DNA from: Bdellovibrionota bacterium
Lineage (GTDB): Bacteria > Bdellovibrionota_C > UBA2361 > OMII01
Assembly: GCA_044345405.1 (NCBI GenBank)
Contig: JBIJBE010000015.1
Location: 13,855 to 77,854, forward strand
DNA: 64,000 nt
Direction of reading: 5' to 3'
Under the pieces are notes generated by a model. The model saw only the letters and a list, made by a program, of their open reading frames with translations. It was not told where the DNA came from and ran no database searches. Position numbers and translations under genes: made by a program. Shown in pieces: positions 46,595 through 55,750 of this stretch (the first letter of the stretch is position 1; each line of letters begins with the position of its first letter).

Positions 46595-47146
46595 TTATTT
46601 CAATGACCTACGGGGCGCCGTTGGGCAGAATTCGCGCCTATCGTTCTCGACGGTGAGGGCGTTATCACCCCAGTCGTGTCCTACGACCGGAGAGTTATAC
46701 GGAAACCGTCCCTCATCCTGTGGGTTATAGGTCTCACTCGTGATGTAGAAAAGGTGCGCTTGGTTAGAGAGCACCTTACATCCGTGAAGAACTCCTGGCG
46801 GGATCTTCACGCACACCTCTCGCGCGCTTGAGTCCTCGCTCGAATCACCCATCTCAATGATCATCTTTTGCTTGTAGGTCGAACTCTCTGGCCGATTGTC
46901 GTAGAGCACGGTCTGGATCTTCCCGATCGGGCAGTACCACCAATCGGTCTGAATGTGGTGATAGTGCCACGCCTTCACGACGTCCTTCGCCATCTTGCTG
47001 TGGCTCCACTGTCCAAAGAAACCACCTTGGAAGAACGGATCCGTTACTCGAATCACCTCACGAAAGAATCCACGCGGATCGGGATGAGTCTTAAGCTCTT
47101 TAACGATCACGCCCTCGAGCACGACATTCGATGAACCGTTTTCCAT
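46595..47146 (-). CDS. dTDP-4-dehydrorhamnose 3,5-epimerase (RmlC) family cupin
   Basis: LEGV....L..H.D.RGFF.E, VVKAWHYH..Q.D, D.R..S.TY, IPPGV.HG, Y.P.DE.R; ORF track extends to 47191. Confidence 0.88.
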   Translation of the reverse strand: MENGSSNVVLEGVIVKELKTHPDPRGFFREVIRVTDPFFQGGFFGQWSHSKMAKDVVKAWHYHHIQTDWWYCPIGKIQTVLYDNRPESSTYKQKMIIEMGDSSEDSSAREVCVKIPPGVLHGCKVLSNQAHLFYITSETYNPQDEGRFPYNSPVVGHDWGDNALTVENDRREFCPTAPRRSLK

Positions 47147-47221
47147 TCCACTTGCTCCACTCAGCACGTCCGCTACCGCTTCCATGAACATTCACCCAAC
47201 ACATCAACTACGTTACATTCC

Positions 47222-48505
47222 CTAGCTTTGAATCTTCGACGGTACCGAATCGAGGAGCTGATTAATCGTCGTGACGCTCTGTACGGTAGTAAGCGAACGG
47301 TGCCCCGCCGCCAACGTCCCGTGCTCGGACTCAACAGACCCACCATCATTCAAATACAGCGGCATGACCGGAAAAGCCTCGCGCGCGCACGCGACCACAC
47401 CGAAGAGAGCGGGATCAGAATCTTTTAACGTCCCCACACCCTCTAATGGAAGCTTTCGCGCCTTGGTTCGTATCGCCATCAACTCAGTAAGTCCAAGTCG
47501 ATACAACTTGCCCAAACCAAGTGCCTCATACACCACCTTGATCGAGTAGCCGGTGCCGCTCGTCATCCGCTCAAGCGCGATATTAATCGCTCCTTTCATT
47601 CGCTCAGCGATATCAAGAACGCTCTCCTGATTGGAGAAGTCGACACCCCACCGAACTACCGCGGCGTTCATGAGGTAGGTAAACTCCATCTCAAGCTCAT
47701 CGCGGTCCGAGGCGTCTCGCACGAGCTCCGCGAAGAGCTTCGTTACTCGAGCCTCATAGATGAGGGGCTCAATACTTCTAATGTCATCGACGTGGCCCCG
47801 ACCCTTCTTAGCCTCAACCTCCGCTTTCGCTTCGGCGAAAGAGTATGGGGCATGAGCGGCCGACGCCACCTCTGGTTCAGGAACCCCCTCCGCGGCGAGC
47901 CGCTTCTGTCGTTCCTGAAACGACTCCTCCTCGAGCATCGAGTTCGTCGCGACCGACATGATAGAGATGAGTTGGTAGAAAAGCTCCGCGCTCGATTCAA
48001 AGATCAACGCGAGCAACCGAGCGAGAAGAAAATGTTTATCGGCGTCCTCGGTTTTAATCCCTATCCAGGTGTGCCCCTTATCGGGTGTATGAAAACCGGG
48101 GCCAGGTGGCTGATCGGTCGGCTCATCGAACACCTTAACTTCCACGTACTTCTCAATCAGGATCGCGAGCAACTTAAGATCGACGATCTTGATGAATTTC
48201 TGCAGAAGCTCCAACGATTCGGTTTCATCAGTGAGCGCGAGCCACTCCCACAGAGCCTCCTCGTTGAGAGCGTCGCCTGCCCACAGATCGAAATCGGTCA
48301 ACAGTCGACACTGCTCCATTGAGGCCATCATGATGATATCGGACGAGGACTGAAGGCCCGTGCTCTTTATCACCATGTAGAGACTCTGAGGTGGTAGCTG
48401 TCTTACCACCTGCTCTGGAGCGTCGGCGTCAAATATCGCCTTGTAGAGATCACGGCAGGTATGCCCACGAAAGTGCGCTACCGTTGGTGAATCGGAGGGT
48501 TTCAT
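47222..48505 (-). CDS. Conserved hypothetical protein (DUF6178-like)
   Basis: V..LP.Q.LY..IK..G...S.EQ..LL.D.DLW, TPD, EE....R..RL...G.P pattern recalled from a deltaproteobacterial family; ATGA overlap with the infC stop. Confidence 0.7.
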   Translation of the reverse strand: MKPSDSPTVAHFRGHTCRDLYKAIFDADAPEQVVRQLPPQSLYMVIKSTGLQSSSDIIMMASMEQCRLLTDFDLWAGDALNEEALWEWLALTDETESLELLQKFIKIVDLKLLAILIEKYVEVKVFDEPTDQPPGPGFHTPDKGHTWIGIKTEDADKHFLLARLLALIFESSAELFYQLISIMSVATNSMLEEESFQERQKRLAAEGVPEPEVASAAHAPYSFAEAKAEVEAKKGRGHVDDIRSIEPLIYEARVTKLFAELVRDASDRDELEMEFTYLMNAAVVRWGVDFSNQESVLDIAERMKGAINIALERMTSGTGYSIKVVYEALGLGKLYRLGLTELMAIRTKARKLPLEGVGTLKDSDPALFGVVACAREAFPVMPLYLNDGGSVESEHGTLAAGHRSLTTVQSVTTINQLLDSVPSKIQS

Positions 48506-49068
48506 TTGGCGGGCGCGAACGTAATGTGGATCTGTCGCCCCTGCGCTGGAGAACGCTCATCCACCGTGGCGACGTCCTTAAGACGCTCGACTATCTGATC
48601 GAACTTCTCTTTTCCGAGCTCGGTGTACATCGCCTCTCGGCCTTTGAAGCGCATGACGAACTTAACTTTATCGCCCTCTGCTAAGAACTCTCGAGCGTGC
48701 TTAAGCTTAACCTCAAGGTCTCCGGAATCAGTGCGATACCGAAGACGCAATTCCTTAATCGTATTCTCGGTACGATTCTTTTTAGCCTCTGCCTCTTTCT
48801 TCTGCTCCTTGTACTTGAACTTGCCGTAATCGAGGATCTTACAAACTGGGGGCTTAGCCTGGGGAGCAACCTCAACGAGGTCAAGCTCCAACTCTTGCGC
48901 GCGAAGGAGCGCGTCGCGAGTTTGTAAAACACCGAGCTGCTCGCCATCTGGCGCGATTACTCTAACTTCTTTTGCTATGATGAACTCGTTGATGCGATGG
49001 GCATCTGGAGGCGCAACCGGGCGGTTAAATCGTCCGCCCCGGAAACCACCGGGCTTGAAAGGCTTCAA
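48502..49068 (-). CDS. infC: Translation initiation factor IF-3
   Basis: RINEFI...EVRVI..DG.QLG, LDLVEVAP.A.PPVCKILDYGKFKY, KE..LR, FL.EGDKVK..MRFKGRE; likely TTG start at 49068, 7 nt after GGAGG. Confidence 0.97.
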   Translation of the reverse strand: MKPFKPGGFRGGRFNRPVAPPDAHRINEFIIAKEVRVIAPDGEQLGVLQTRDALLRAQELELDLVEVAPQAKPPVCKILDYGKFKYKEQKKEAEAKKNRTENTIKELRLRYRTDSGDLEVKLKHAREFLAEGDKVKFVMRFKGREAMYTELGKEKFDQIVERLKDVATVDERSPAQGRQIHITFAPAK

Positions 49069-49173
49069 AAAAGATCCTCCATAAAGGGTGAGGTTATAAC
49101 ACGGCACACAAAGGCGCCGGTCGATACGTTAACCACTGCACCGACACGAATCAATAGGTACCTGAAATAGGGG

Positions 49174-49788
49174 CTATTTCTTCTTTCCGTCCTTTGCGGG
49201 TTCTTTCGAACCCTTAGTATCCGATGGTTTTTCGGACGCCGGAGATGCAGATGGTTGGACCGCGACGACTTCCCTGCACTTTGGCTCACTTACATCCACC
49301 CCAAGGCAGGTCCCCTCCTGCTGCCGGCACTCCTCGGCGAGAGCCTTCTCAAGCTCCGAACGGGCGGAAAAGCTAAGCGAATTCAAAACATTAGCCTGAG
49401 AACTCATCTTAAGAGCAACGCAGGTGCCGAACGCCTCGTGGTCCCTCTTACACGCCTCGGAGGCCCGTATCCGCTGCCGGTCCGTCTCCATCTGCAGAGC
49501 CGTCCGGGCAGTTGCCTCGTCACTACCGCCCCTCTCAAGCCCCAAAAGGCGCACGATAGTCGGCTCAGGGGTGGGCCCTGGGGGCACCGGACTCAGCGTT
49601 GGGGCTGGGTTACGGCTCCCCGGGGGAGCCACGTCCGCTCGGTGGGAGGGGTTCGCGGGGGAGGGCTTTTTAGCCCACTTGTAAGAGATCTCGGATGAAC
49701 ACCGAAACTCAGCCACACCGGCAGGCACGCTCAACAGAAGGGAAACGAGCGCGAGAGGCAGATAAAAAGATGAAATTCTCGCTCTCAT
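49174..49788 (-). CDS. Secreted Cys-rich hypothetical protein with Pro-rich insert and charged tail
   Basis: Signal peptide ending GVA|E; 6 Cys. Confidence 0.7.
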   Translation of the reverse strand: MRARISSFYLPLALVSLLLSVPAGVAEFRCSSEISYKWAKKPSPANPSHRADVAPPGSRNPAPTLSPVPPGPTPEPTIVRLLGLERGGSDEATARTALQMETDRQRIRASEACKRDHEAFGTCVALKMSSQANVLNSLSFSARSELEKALAEECRQQEGTCLGVDVSEPKCREVVAVQPSASPASEKPSDTKGSKEPAKDGKKK

Positions 49789-49924
49789 GTCATGAATATC
49801 GAAAAAGGCACTTCGTCGTACAGTTCGTATCGATTGGTTTGGTTTAGGTATAACGGTCCTCACACCCCGTGTGCAAGGTTAAACTGTAAACGCCCGAACT
49901 CATCCATCTTATCCACGAGGACGC

Positions 49925-50275
49925 ATGGAACAGAGCGAAGGAAGTGTTTTTCTTAGAGTTGATAGAGAGTTTGATGATCTCGCTGGTCAGCCCAACATGA
50001 CGGGCAGTCCTGAGCGCCGGCTCCTGTTGGCTATCTTGGAGCGAGCGATCCTGGATTTCGTGGGGAATGACCCTCGAGAACTAGAGCAAGCGGAGCAGTG
50101 GCTCTTCGCTTCCGAGCGCGGCATTCGCAACGAACATTTTTCATTTGAGTGGGTGTGCGAGCAACTCGACCTCGACCCGAAGCGAATTTCGGAGAAGATT
50201 AGATCGATGCCGCGACGTGGAAATCGAAAGGTCGCTCCGTGGTATTTCACGAAACACCAGCCAGCCGCGGCCTAA
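49925..50275 (+). CDS. Small conserved helical hypothetical protein
   Basis: GAGGA RBS; PERRLLLAILERAI.D...A..WL....FSFEWVC..LDLDP motif. Confidence 0.8.
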   Translation: MEQSEGSVFLRVDREFDDLAGQPNMTGSPERRLLLAILERAILDFVGNDPRELEQAEQWLFASERGIRNEHFSFEWVCEQLDLDPKRISEKIRSMPRRGNRKVAPWYFTKHQPAAA

Positions 50276-50292
50276 CGCGCGCATGTAGAACT

Positions 50293-50910
50293 TTAATGAT
50301 AGTAGCGGGCGGCGACACGGGCGGGATGAAGCGGAATAGCTGGTCCCTGCCCTTCGCCCCGCTGCCATAGCTCACGCATGAGCAATCGGGTCGCGAATCC
50401 GCCAACATTGGTCCGGTCGTAGCCACGACGTCGCGCGATCTCACCAGACACCAAGGTAGCGAAGCTAAACCGACGAATAACTTTCATTCGCGGAATGAAG
50501 TAAAGCGCCGCTCCCAAACCTGCCAAGAAGGTGACGAGAATCAACGCCGAGAGACTCGCGAGCGTCGCACCGTTTAACACCTCGACAGCGGAGATTCCAA
50601 GTGCCGCTATCCCCACCGCAATCAAGGCGAGAGCTCGCTTCGCTGGCTTCAGCTTTTTGATAAAGAGACTTTCATCGCTCACCCCCACATCGAGGAGATC
50701 GTCGAGGTACGATTCAAGCACCTCAACTGGAACGAACGCGACCGAGTGTCCAAACTCACGACTGAACCGAGGTCCGGGGATGAGCGCGCCGCAGATCCGT
50801 CGTTCATAGTCTAACAACGATCTGCCCACTTGTTGGTACTGTTCCAACAGACGATTACAACCACCGAATGGATTTAAGAGATCGACATCGCGCAGAGAAG
50901 CTGTCTTCAT
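50293..50910 (-). CDS. Hypothetical membrane protein (2 TM)
   Basis: Two central hydrophobic segments; ORF track extends to 50946. Confidence 0.65.
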   Translation of the reverse strand: MKTASLRDVDLLNPFGGCNRLLEQYQQVGRSLLDYERRICGALIPGPRFSREFGHSVAFVPVEVLESYLDDLLDVGVSDESLFIKKLKPAKRALALIAVGIAALGISAVEVLNGATLASLSALILVTFLAGLGAALYFIPRMKVIRRFSFATLVSGEIARRRGYDRTNVGGFATRLLMRELWQRGEGQGPAIPLHPARVAARYYH

Positions 50911-51129
50911 ATAGCTCGGATGAGAGCATAGTATGGCTCTCGTCACAATTAGCCTCGACAGCGTCCGCCTACTCCGGATTTACCGACAACGTCGGCTACG
51001 TACCCGAACGGGCACCGGCTTGAGCCCGAGGAGGGCCGCCACGAGGGCTTCAAATATGTTGAAAAACTTTGGCATCGTCCTTCTCTATGAGGGTAGGCTT
51101 CTATCCTTATCAATAAGATGATCGACACT

Positions 51130-51148
51130 TTGTTTATATTCTAAACAA
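51130..51148. promoter_or_regulatory. Palindrome in an AT-rich intergenic region (possible operator or hairpin)
   Basis: TTGTTTA-TATTC-TAAACAA, perfect 7-5-7 inverted repeat. Confidence 0.4.
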
Positions 51149-51185
51149 TTGAGGGTGTTTTTGTACTTTTTTTGTCTTAAGCCGG

Positions 51186-52655
51186 CTAACTACCTGGAGC
51201 ATGGTAGGGATTTTTAGGAGGGGCCGCTCCCTCCGATCCATTCGGAAAAGGGGCGGCTCGAGTGGGCCGTCCCGGTTTAGTCATCGCCATGAGATCAAAC
51301 GTTCGTTCGATCTCCCCCTCTGATAACACTCGCATCTCCTTCGCGACATCCCGAAGCGCTCGATCCTCGCGCAGAGCGCGTGCGACGATCTCCGCCGCGG
51401 CATCGTGCCCCACGACCGGAGCGACTGCGGTCACCACCGCCAGACTTCGCTCCGCGTTTGAGCGACACCGGTCCGGGTGCGCCGCTATTCCATTCACACA
51501 CAGGCGGGTAAAGGTGGTGGTCACGTTCGAAAGGATATCCACGGACTGCAGTATGTTGTACGCGAGAACCGGCATCATCGTGTTGAGTTCAAAATTGCCG
51601 TGCTGCGCGCACACGACCACCGTGGTGTCGTTACCCATCACTTGCGCGCACGCCATCATCACAGCCTCACAAATAACGGGATTTACCTTCGCCGGCATGC
51701 TGCTTGAGCCTGGCTGAAGGGTGGGCAACGAGATCTCATCCAACCCACATCGAGGTCCTGAAGCGAGCCATCGAATGTCGTTCGCTATCTTCATGAGAGC
51801 GACCGCCATACACCGAAGCTGGCCACTTACCTCAACGACGGCGTCCTGCGTCGATTGCGTCGCGAAATGATTTTCAGCCTCGCGGTACGATGAGCCCGTG
51901 AGTTGATTGATCTGAGCTATCGCGGTGCGCGCGAATTCGGGATGCGCGTTTACCCCTGTTCCCACGGTCGTTCCGCCAAGAGCTAGTTGTAAGAGCCCCT
52001 CGCCAGAGCGCTTCAACCGCGCCACCGTTTGCCTCATCTGCGCCGCGTATCCACTAAATTCCTGCCCCAGGGTAATCGGAGTCGCGTCCTGCAAATGAGT
52101 TCGACCTACCTTAACGATCTGAGAGAATTCGCGCTGTTTTACCTCAAGCGCTCCCTGCAGCATCTCCACCAGAGGAACGAGTCGCTTGGAGAGCGACTCG
52201 TAGACCGAGATGTGAATAGTCGTCGGGAACACGTCATTCGAGGACTGGCACATGTTAACGTGGTCGTTCGGGTGAACGAACGCGCGCGCGCCACGCTCTC
52301 GCCCAAGGATCTCAAGGGCTCGATTCGTGATAACCTCGTTGGCGTTCATGTTCGTCGAGGTCCCTGAGCCCGTCTGAAAGAGGTCGACCACAAAGTGTCG
52401 ATAGAGGAGGCCACTCATGACCTCCCGAGCCGCCGTGATGATGGCGTCACCTCGCTCGTGGTCGAGCAATCCTAGAGATACGTTGGCGTGGGCGGCGGCC
52501 ACCTTCACCATACCGAGACACGCGATAAAGTTCTGGGAGAGTCGAAGGTTCGAGATCGTGAAGTTCTCGACCGCCCGCTGCGTGGAGGCCCCCCAAAGAG
52601 CATCCTGTGGTACCTGTTTCTCTCCCATGGAATCCCGTTCCAGCCGCATATTCAT
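51186..52655 (-). CDS. fumC: Class II fumarate hydratase
   Basis: R.E.DSMG, WGA.TQRA..NF, FQTGSGTSTNMNANEV, HPNDHVN..QSSND.FPT, GRTHLQDATP, GSSSMPAKVNP, GNFELN; GGAGG RBS before 52655. Confidence 0.92.
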   Translation of the reverse strand: MNMRLERDSMGEKQVPQDALWGASTQRAVENFTISNLRLSQNFIACLGMVKVAAAHANVSLGLLDHERGDAIITAAREVMSGLLYRHFVVDLFQTGSGTSTNMNANEVITNRALEILGRERGARAFVHPNDHVNMCQSSNDVFPTTIHISVYESLSKRLVPLVEMLQGALEVKQREFSQIVKVGRTHLQDATPITLGQEFSGYAAQMRQTVARLKRSGEGLLQLALGGTTVGTGVNAHPEFARTAIAQINQLTGSSYREAENHFATQSTQDAVVEVSGQLRCMAVALMKIANDIRWLASGPRCGLDEISLPTLQPGSSSMPAKVNPVICEAVMMACAQVMGNDTTVVVCAQHGNFELNTMMPVLAYNILQSVDILSNVTTTFTRLCVNGIAAHPDRCRSNAERSLAVVTAVAPVVGHDAAAEIVARALREDRALRDVAKEMRVLSEGEIERTFDLMAMTKPGRPTRAAPFPNGSEGAAPPKNPYHAPGS

Positions 52656-52789
52656 AGCTTTTCCTCCAATCTTCGCCCTAGAGACGCGCAAGCCCCGGAA
52701 ACAAACGCCTCCGTGGCCGGATAAGATTGCCCTGATACGAAAAGATGACTATGATCCAGCTCGATTAACGGTTACCGAGACCTAGTTCT

Positions 52790-53290
52790 ATGTATACAAA
52801 AGCACTCCTTTCCTCTCTCGTCGCGCTCCTCTCTTTCGCGTCCGTAGCGGTCGCGGAGGTCAAGATCGGCACCGTTGATGTCGCCCGCATTGTGAACGAG
52901 AACCCTGACGCTCTCTCGAAGAAAAAGGACCTCGACTCATTCTCCGAGGAGACGAAGAAGAAGCTCGAGGCGAAGGGCAAAGAGTTGCAAGCTCTCAAAA
53001 AGAAATTAGAGGACTCCAAGGTTTCGCCTGACTCCAAAGAGGCTGAAAACTTCCGTAACCAAGTTCGTGATTTCGAGCGTATGCGCGGGGACGCGAAGAC
53101 CGACCTTGAGAAGAAGTACATGAAGGTGAACAAGGAGCTCACCGAGAAGGTGTACACCCAGATCGAGAAGTACGCCAAAGCTAACAACTACGACCTCATC
53201 ATCGACAAGAGCGATAAGTATCGTGGCCCTATCCTGTACGGCGATTCCTCAACAGACGTTACTGACGACGTCTTGAAGATGGTGAAGTAA
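52790..53290 (+). CDS. skp: OmpH/Skp periplasmic chaperone
   Basis: Signal peptide, KIGTVDV..I, long charged coiled coil, YDLIID, DVTDDVL. Confidence 0.9.
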   Translation: MYTKALLSSLVALLSFASVAVAEVKIGTVDVARIVNENPDALSKKKDLDSFSEETKKKLEAKGKELQALKKKLEDSKVSPDSKEAENFRNQVRDFERMRGDAKTDLEKKYMKVNKELTEKVYTQIEKYAKANNYDLIIDKSDKYRGPILYGDSSTDVTDDVLKMVK

Positions 53291-53456
53291 CCGTCTACGA
53301 GTCTCCTCCAAGAGCCGACTCCAAGGGTACTGATGCGATTTCCTCGTATGGATGGCGCATGTTGAGAAAACTCAACTACCCCCACATTCTCGGAAAGTTA
53401 GCCTCGTAACACATCGGAATGGTTTGGTGGACGTCCGGCCATTGCGCTCCCATTAA

Positions 53457-53484
53457 TCAAGGGACGCGGTCGTCCCTCCGATGA
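53457..53484 (+). promoter_or_regulatory. Putative sigma28-type promoter (near-leaderless)
   Basis: TCAAG-N15-TCCGATGA ending 7 nt before ATG 53492. Confidence 0.4.
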
Positions 53485-53491
53485 TCCAAGC

Positions 53492-53824
53492 ATGAGATGG
53501 CTAGCTCTCGGCGTCCTGACCTGCTTGGTGTGCGTGGCATCTGTTGCTGACGCATCGACCGGAACTCAGGACCCCTCACCAAAGCGGGATTCTATTGCAC
53601 CTGCTCGTAAGGCGGGACGAGTCGGCTCAGTTGCGCAACCACCCCCTAACCTGAGGTCTCGGTCGCAATCCTCCAGGCTCATCCTCGACGGACCCGTAAC
53701 TCCTCAAACAACCACATCACCCACCATTGAATCGATCAAATCCCTCGCGAATGGTGGGTCGTTACTCAATCCGTGGGTTCCCGGACGAGGAGCCGTTGGG
53801 GTGAATGTGAAGGTCACGTGGTAG
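53492..53824 (+). CDS. Small secreted hypothetical protein ending in a beta-strand with terminal Trp
   Basis: Signal peptide ending ADA|S; C-terminus GVNVKVTW. Confidence 0.6.
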   Translation: MRWLALGVLTCLVCVASVADASTGTQDPSPKRDSIAPARKAGRVGSVAQPPPNLRSRSQSSRLILDGPVTPQTTTSPTIESIKSLANGGSLLNPWVPGRGAVGVNVKVTW

Positions 53825-53894
53825 CGTTCTGAAACAATCTTCCGAAACCTAATACTGGACTCTTTCCCTCACCTCAACGACACTAGGTGACGCT

Positions 53895-55736
53895 ATGTCG
53901 CTACCCGCCGTTGATATCCTCTCTACCACACTCAAGAATACCTTCGGATACTCGTCGTTTCGTCCGTTGCAACGGGAGATCATGGAGGAGACCCTTGCGG
54001 GGAGAGATGTACTCGCGCTCCTTCCTACCGGGGGCGGGAAGTCGCTCTGCTATCAACTACCAGCGATCGTCCGATCGGGGCTAACGATCGTTATCTCTCC
54101 GTTGATTGCGCTCATGAAGGACCAGGTCGATAGCCTTCTCCAGAACGGGGTGAAGGCGGCTTACCTTAACTCATCCCTCACCGATGATGAATCAAAGGAT
54201 ACGTGGCGACAACTTTTCCGTGGCGAGATTAAGGTGCTCTACCTCTCTCCAGAGCGACTTCTCGTTGATGGGATGCTCGACACCCTAGAGCAACTGAAAC
54301 TTGAATTCGTCGCCGTCGACGAGGCGCACTGCATCTCCTCGTGGGGGCACGACTTCAGACCTGAGTATCGAGCGCTCAAGGCGGTGCGAGCACGATTCCC
54401 TCATGTGCCGATGCTCGCGCTCACGGCCTCAGCGACTGAGAGAGTCCGCTATGACATTGTCGAGATGCTCGAACTCAAAAATCCACGAAATTTTGTGGCG
54501 AGCTTCAATCGACCGAACCTCTCGTACCGAATTATCCCGCGCCTCTCGCCCATTAAGCAGATCCTGGAGATTATTGAGGGGTTCCGCGATGAGTCAGGTA
54601 TCATTTACTGTCTATCGCGAGCGCGCACCGAATCGGTGGCGGCTGACCTCGTTAAGAAAGGGATAAACGCTGAGGCATATCACGCGGGGCTCACTGCTGA
54701 AGAACGGAACAAACGACAGGAGCGTTTCGTAAAGGACGAGACCCAGGTCATGATCGCTACCGTCGCGTTCGGCATGGGAATCGACAAACCCGATGTACGC
54801 TTTGTGATACATCACGATCTCCCCAAAAATATCGAGAGTTACTATCAAGAGACGGGTCGAGCGGGCCGAGATGGACTGCCGAGCGAGTGCGTTATGCTCT
54901 ATAGCTCCTCCGACGCAGCGAAGCTTCGGGTCTTTATCGATCAACTTACCGACCAAACCGAACGAGAGATCTCAAGTCGGCAACTCTCACGCCTCTTACA
55001 ATTCGCCGAAGGCTCGGAGTGTCGGCGAGTATCGCTGCTGAGCTACTTCGGCGAAGTGTACCAAGATGAGACTGGCGAGCCAGCGCTCGTGTGCGGCGCC
55101 TGCGACAACTGTCTCACCCCTCGACAAGAGGTAGACGCCACCGAGGTGGCTCAGAAACTTATATCCTGCGTTCTCCGTATTAAGAAACACAGCGGCTTCT
55201 CGGTCGGTCTTAACCACATCGTCGACGTGCTTCTCGGCGCTCAAGTTGAGAAGATAAAGAAGTGGGGACACGACTCCCTCACGACCTACGGAGCGGGTAA
55301 GGGACGCACGAAAGCCGAGTGGCTCTACTACGGCCGCGAGCTTGTAACCGCTGGGCTCCTCTCTATCAATCACGAGCATTTTAACGTTGTGGACGTCACC
55401 GCGGAGGGATTAACCGCGATTAAAGAGAAGCGAGCGATTCGTTTACGGGCACCTCTCGTCACCTCTGGACTTTCAGCCGATAAGAGGAAGGAACAACGTC
55501 GCCACCTGGGCGCTGTGGAGTTCGACGAAGATGTATTTAACAGGCTCCGCGTATGGCGCGCCGGCATAGCTAAGGAGAAAGGAATACCCGCCTACATGGT
55601 ATTCAGCGACGCCACCCTTCAAGCGGTCGCTGCGAAGAAGCCACGCAGGTACAGCGACCTTCGTGGCGTGAGCGGAATTGGAGAGAAAAAACTAGAGCTC
55701 TACGGCGAAGCGCTCATAGAGCTCCTTGAGGCGTAG
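53895..55736 (+). CDS. recQ: ATP-dependent DNA helicase RecQ
   Basis: PTGGGKSLCYQLP, VDEAHCIS.WGHDFRPEY, ATVAFGMGIDKPDVR, YYQETGRAGRDG, zinc motif CRR...CG.CDNC, RQC and HRDC domains. Confidence 0.98.
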   Translation: MSLPAVDILSTTLKNTFGYSSFRPLQREIMEETLAGRDVLALLPTGGGKSLCYQLPAIVRSGLTIVISPLIALMKDQVDSLLQNGVKAAYLNSSLTDDESKDTWRQLFRGEIKVLYLSPERLLVDGMLDTLEQLKLEFVAVDEAHCISSWGHDFRPEYRALKAVRARFPHVPMLALTASATERVRYDIVEMLELKNPRNFVASFNRPNLSYRIIPRLSPIKQILEIIEGFRDESGIIYCLSRARTESVAADLVKKGINAEAYHAGLTAEERNKRQERFVKDETQVMIATVAFGMGIDKPDVRFVIHHDLPKNIESYYQETGRAGRDGLPSECVMLYSSSDAAKLRVFIDQLTDQTEREISSRQLSRLLQFAEGSECRRVSLLSYFGEVYQDETGEPALVCGACDNCLTPRQEVDATEVAQKLISCVLRIKKHSGFSVGLNHIVDVLLGAQVEKIKKWGHDSLTTYGAGKGRTKAEWLYYGRELVTAGLLSINHEHFNVVDVTAEGLTAIKEKRAIRLRAPLVTSGLSADKRKEQRRHLGAVEFDEDVFNRLRVWRAGIAKEKGIPAYMVFSDATLQAVAAKKPRRYSDLRGVSGIGEKKLELYGEALIELLEA

Positions 55737-55750
55737 CTGGTAATAAGCGA

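Noticed and set aside
49909-49917. DnaA-box-like TTATCCACG
   Set aside because: Single box with one mismatch, no cluster or origin-associated genes.
51660-51720. fumC signature GSSSMPAKVNP as a sign of inactivation
   Set aside because: Catalytic Ser and Lys of the signature and the His of GRTH are retained, and the ORF is intact.
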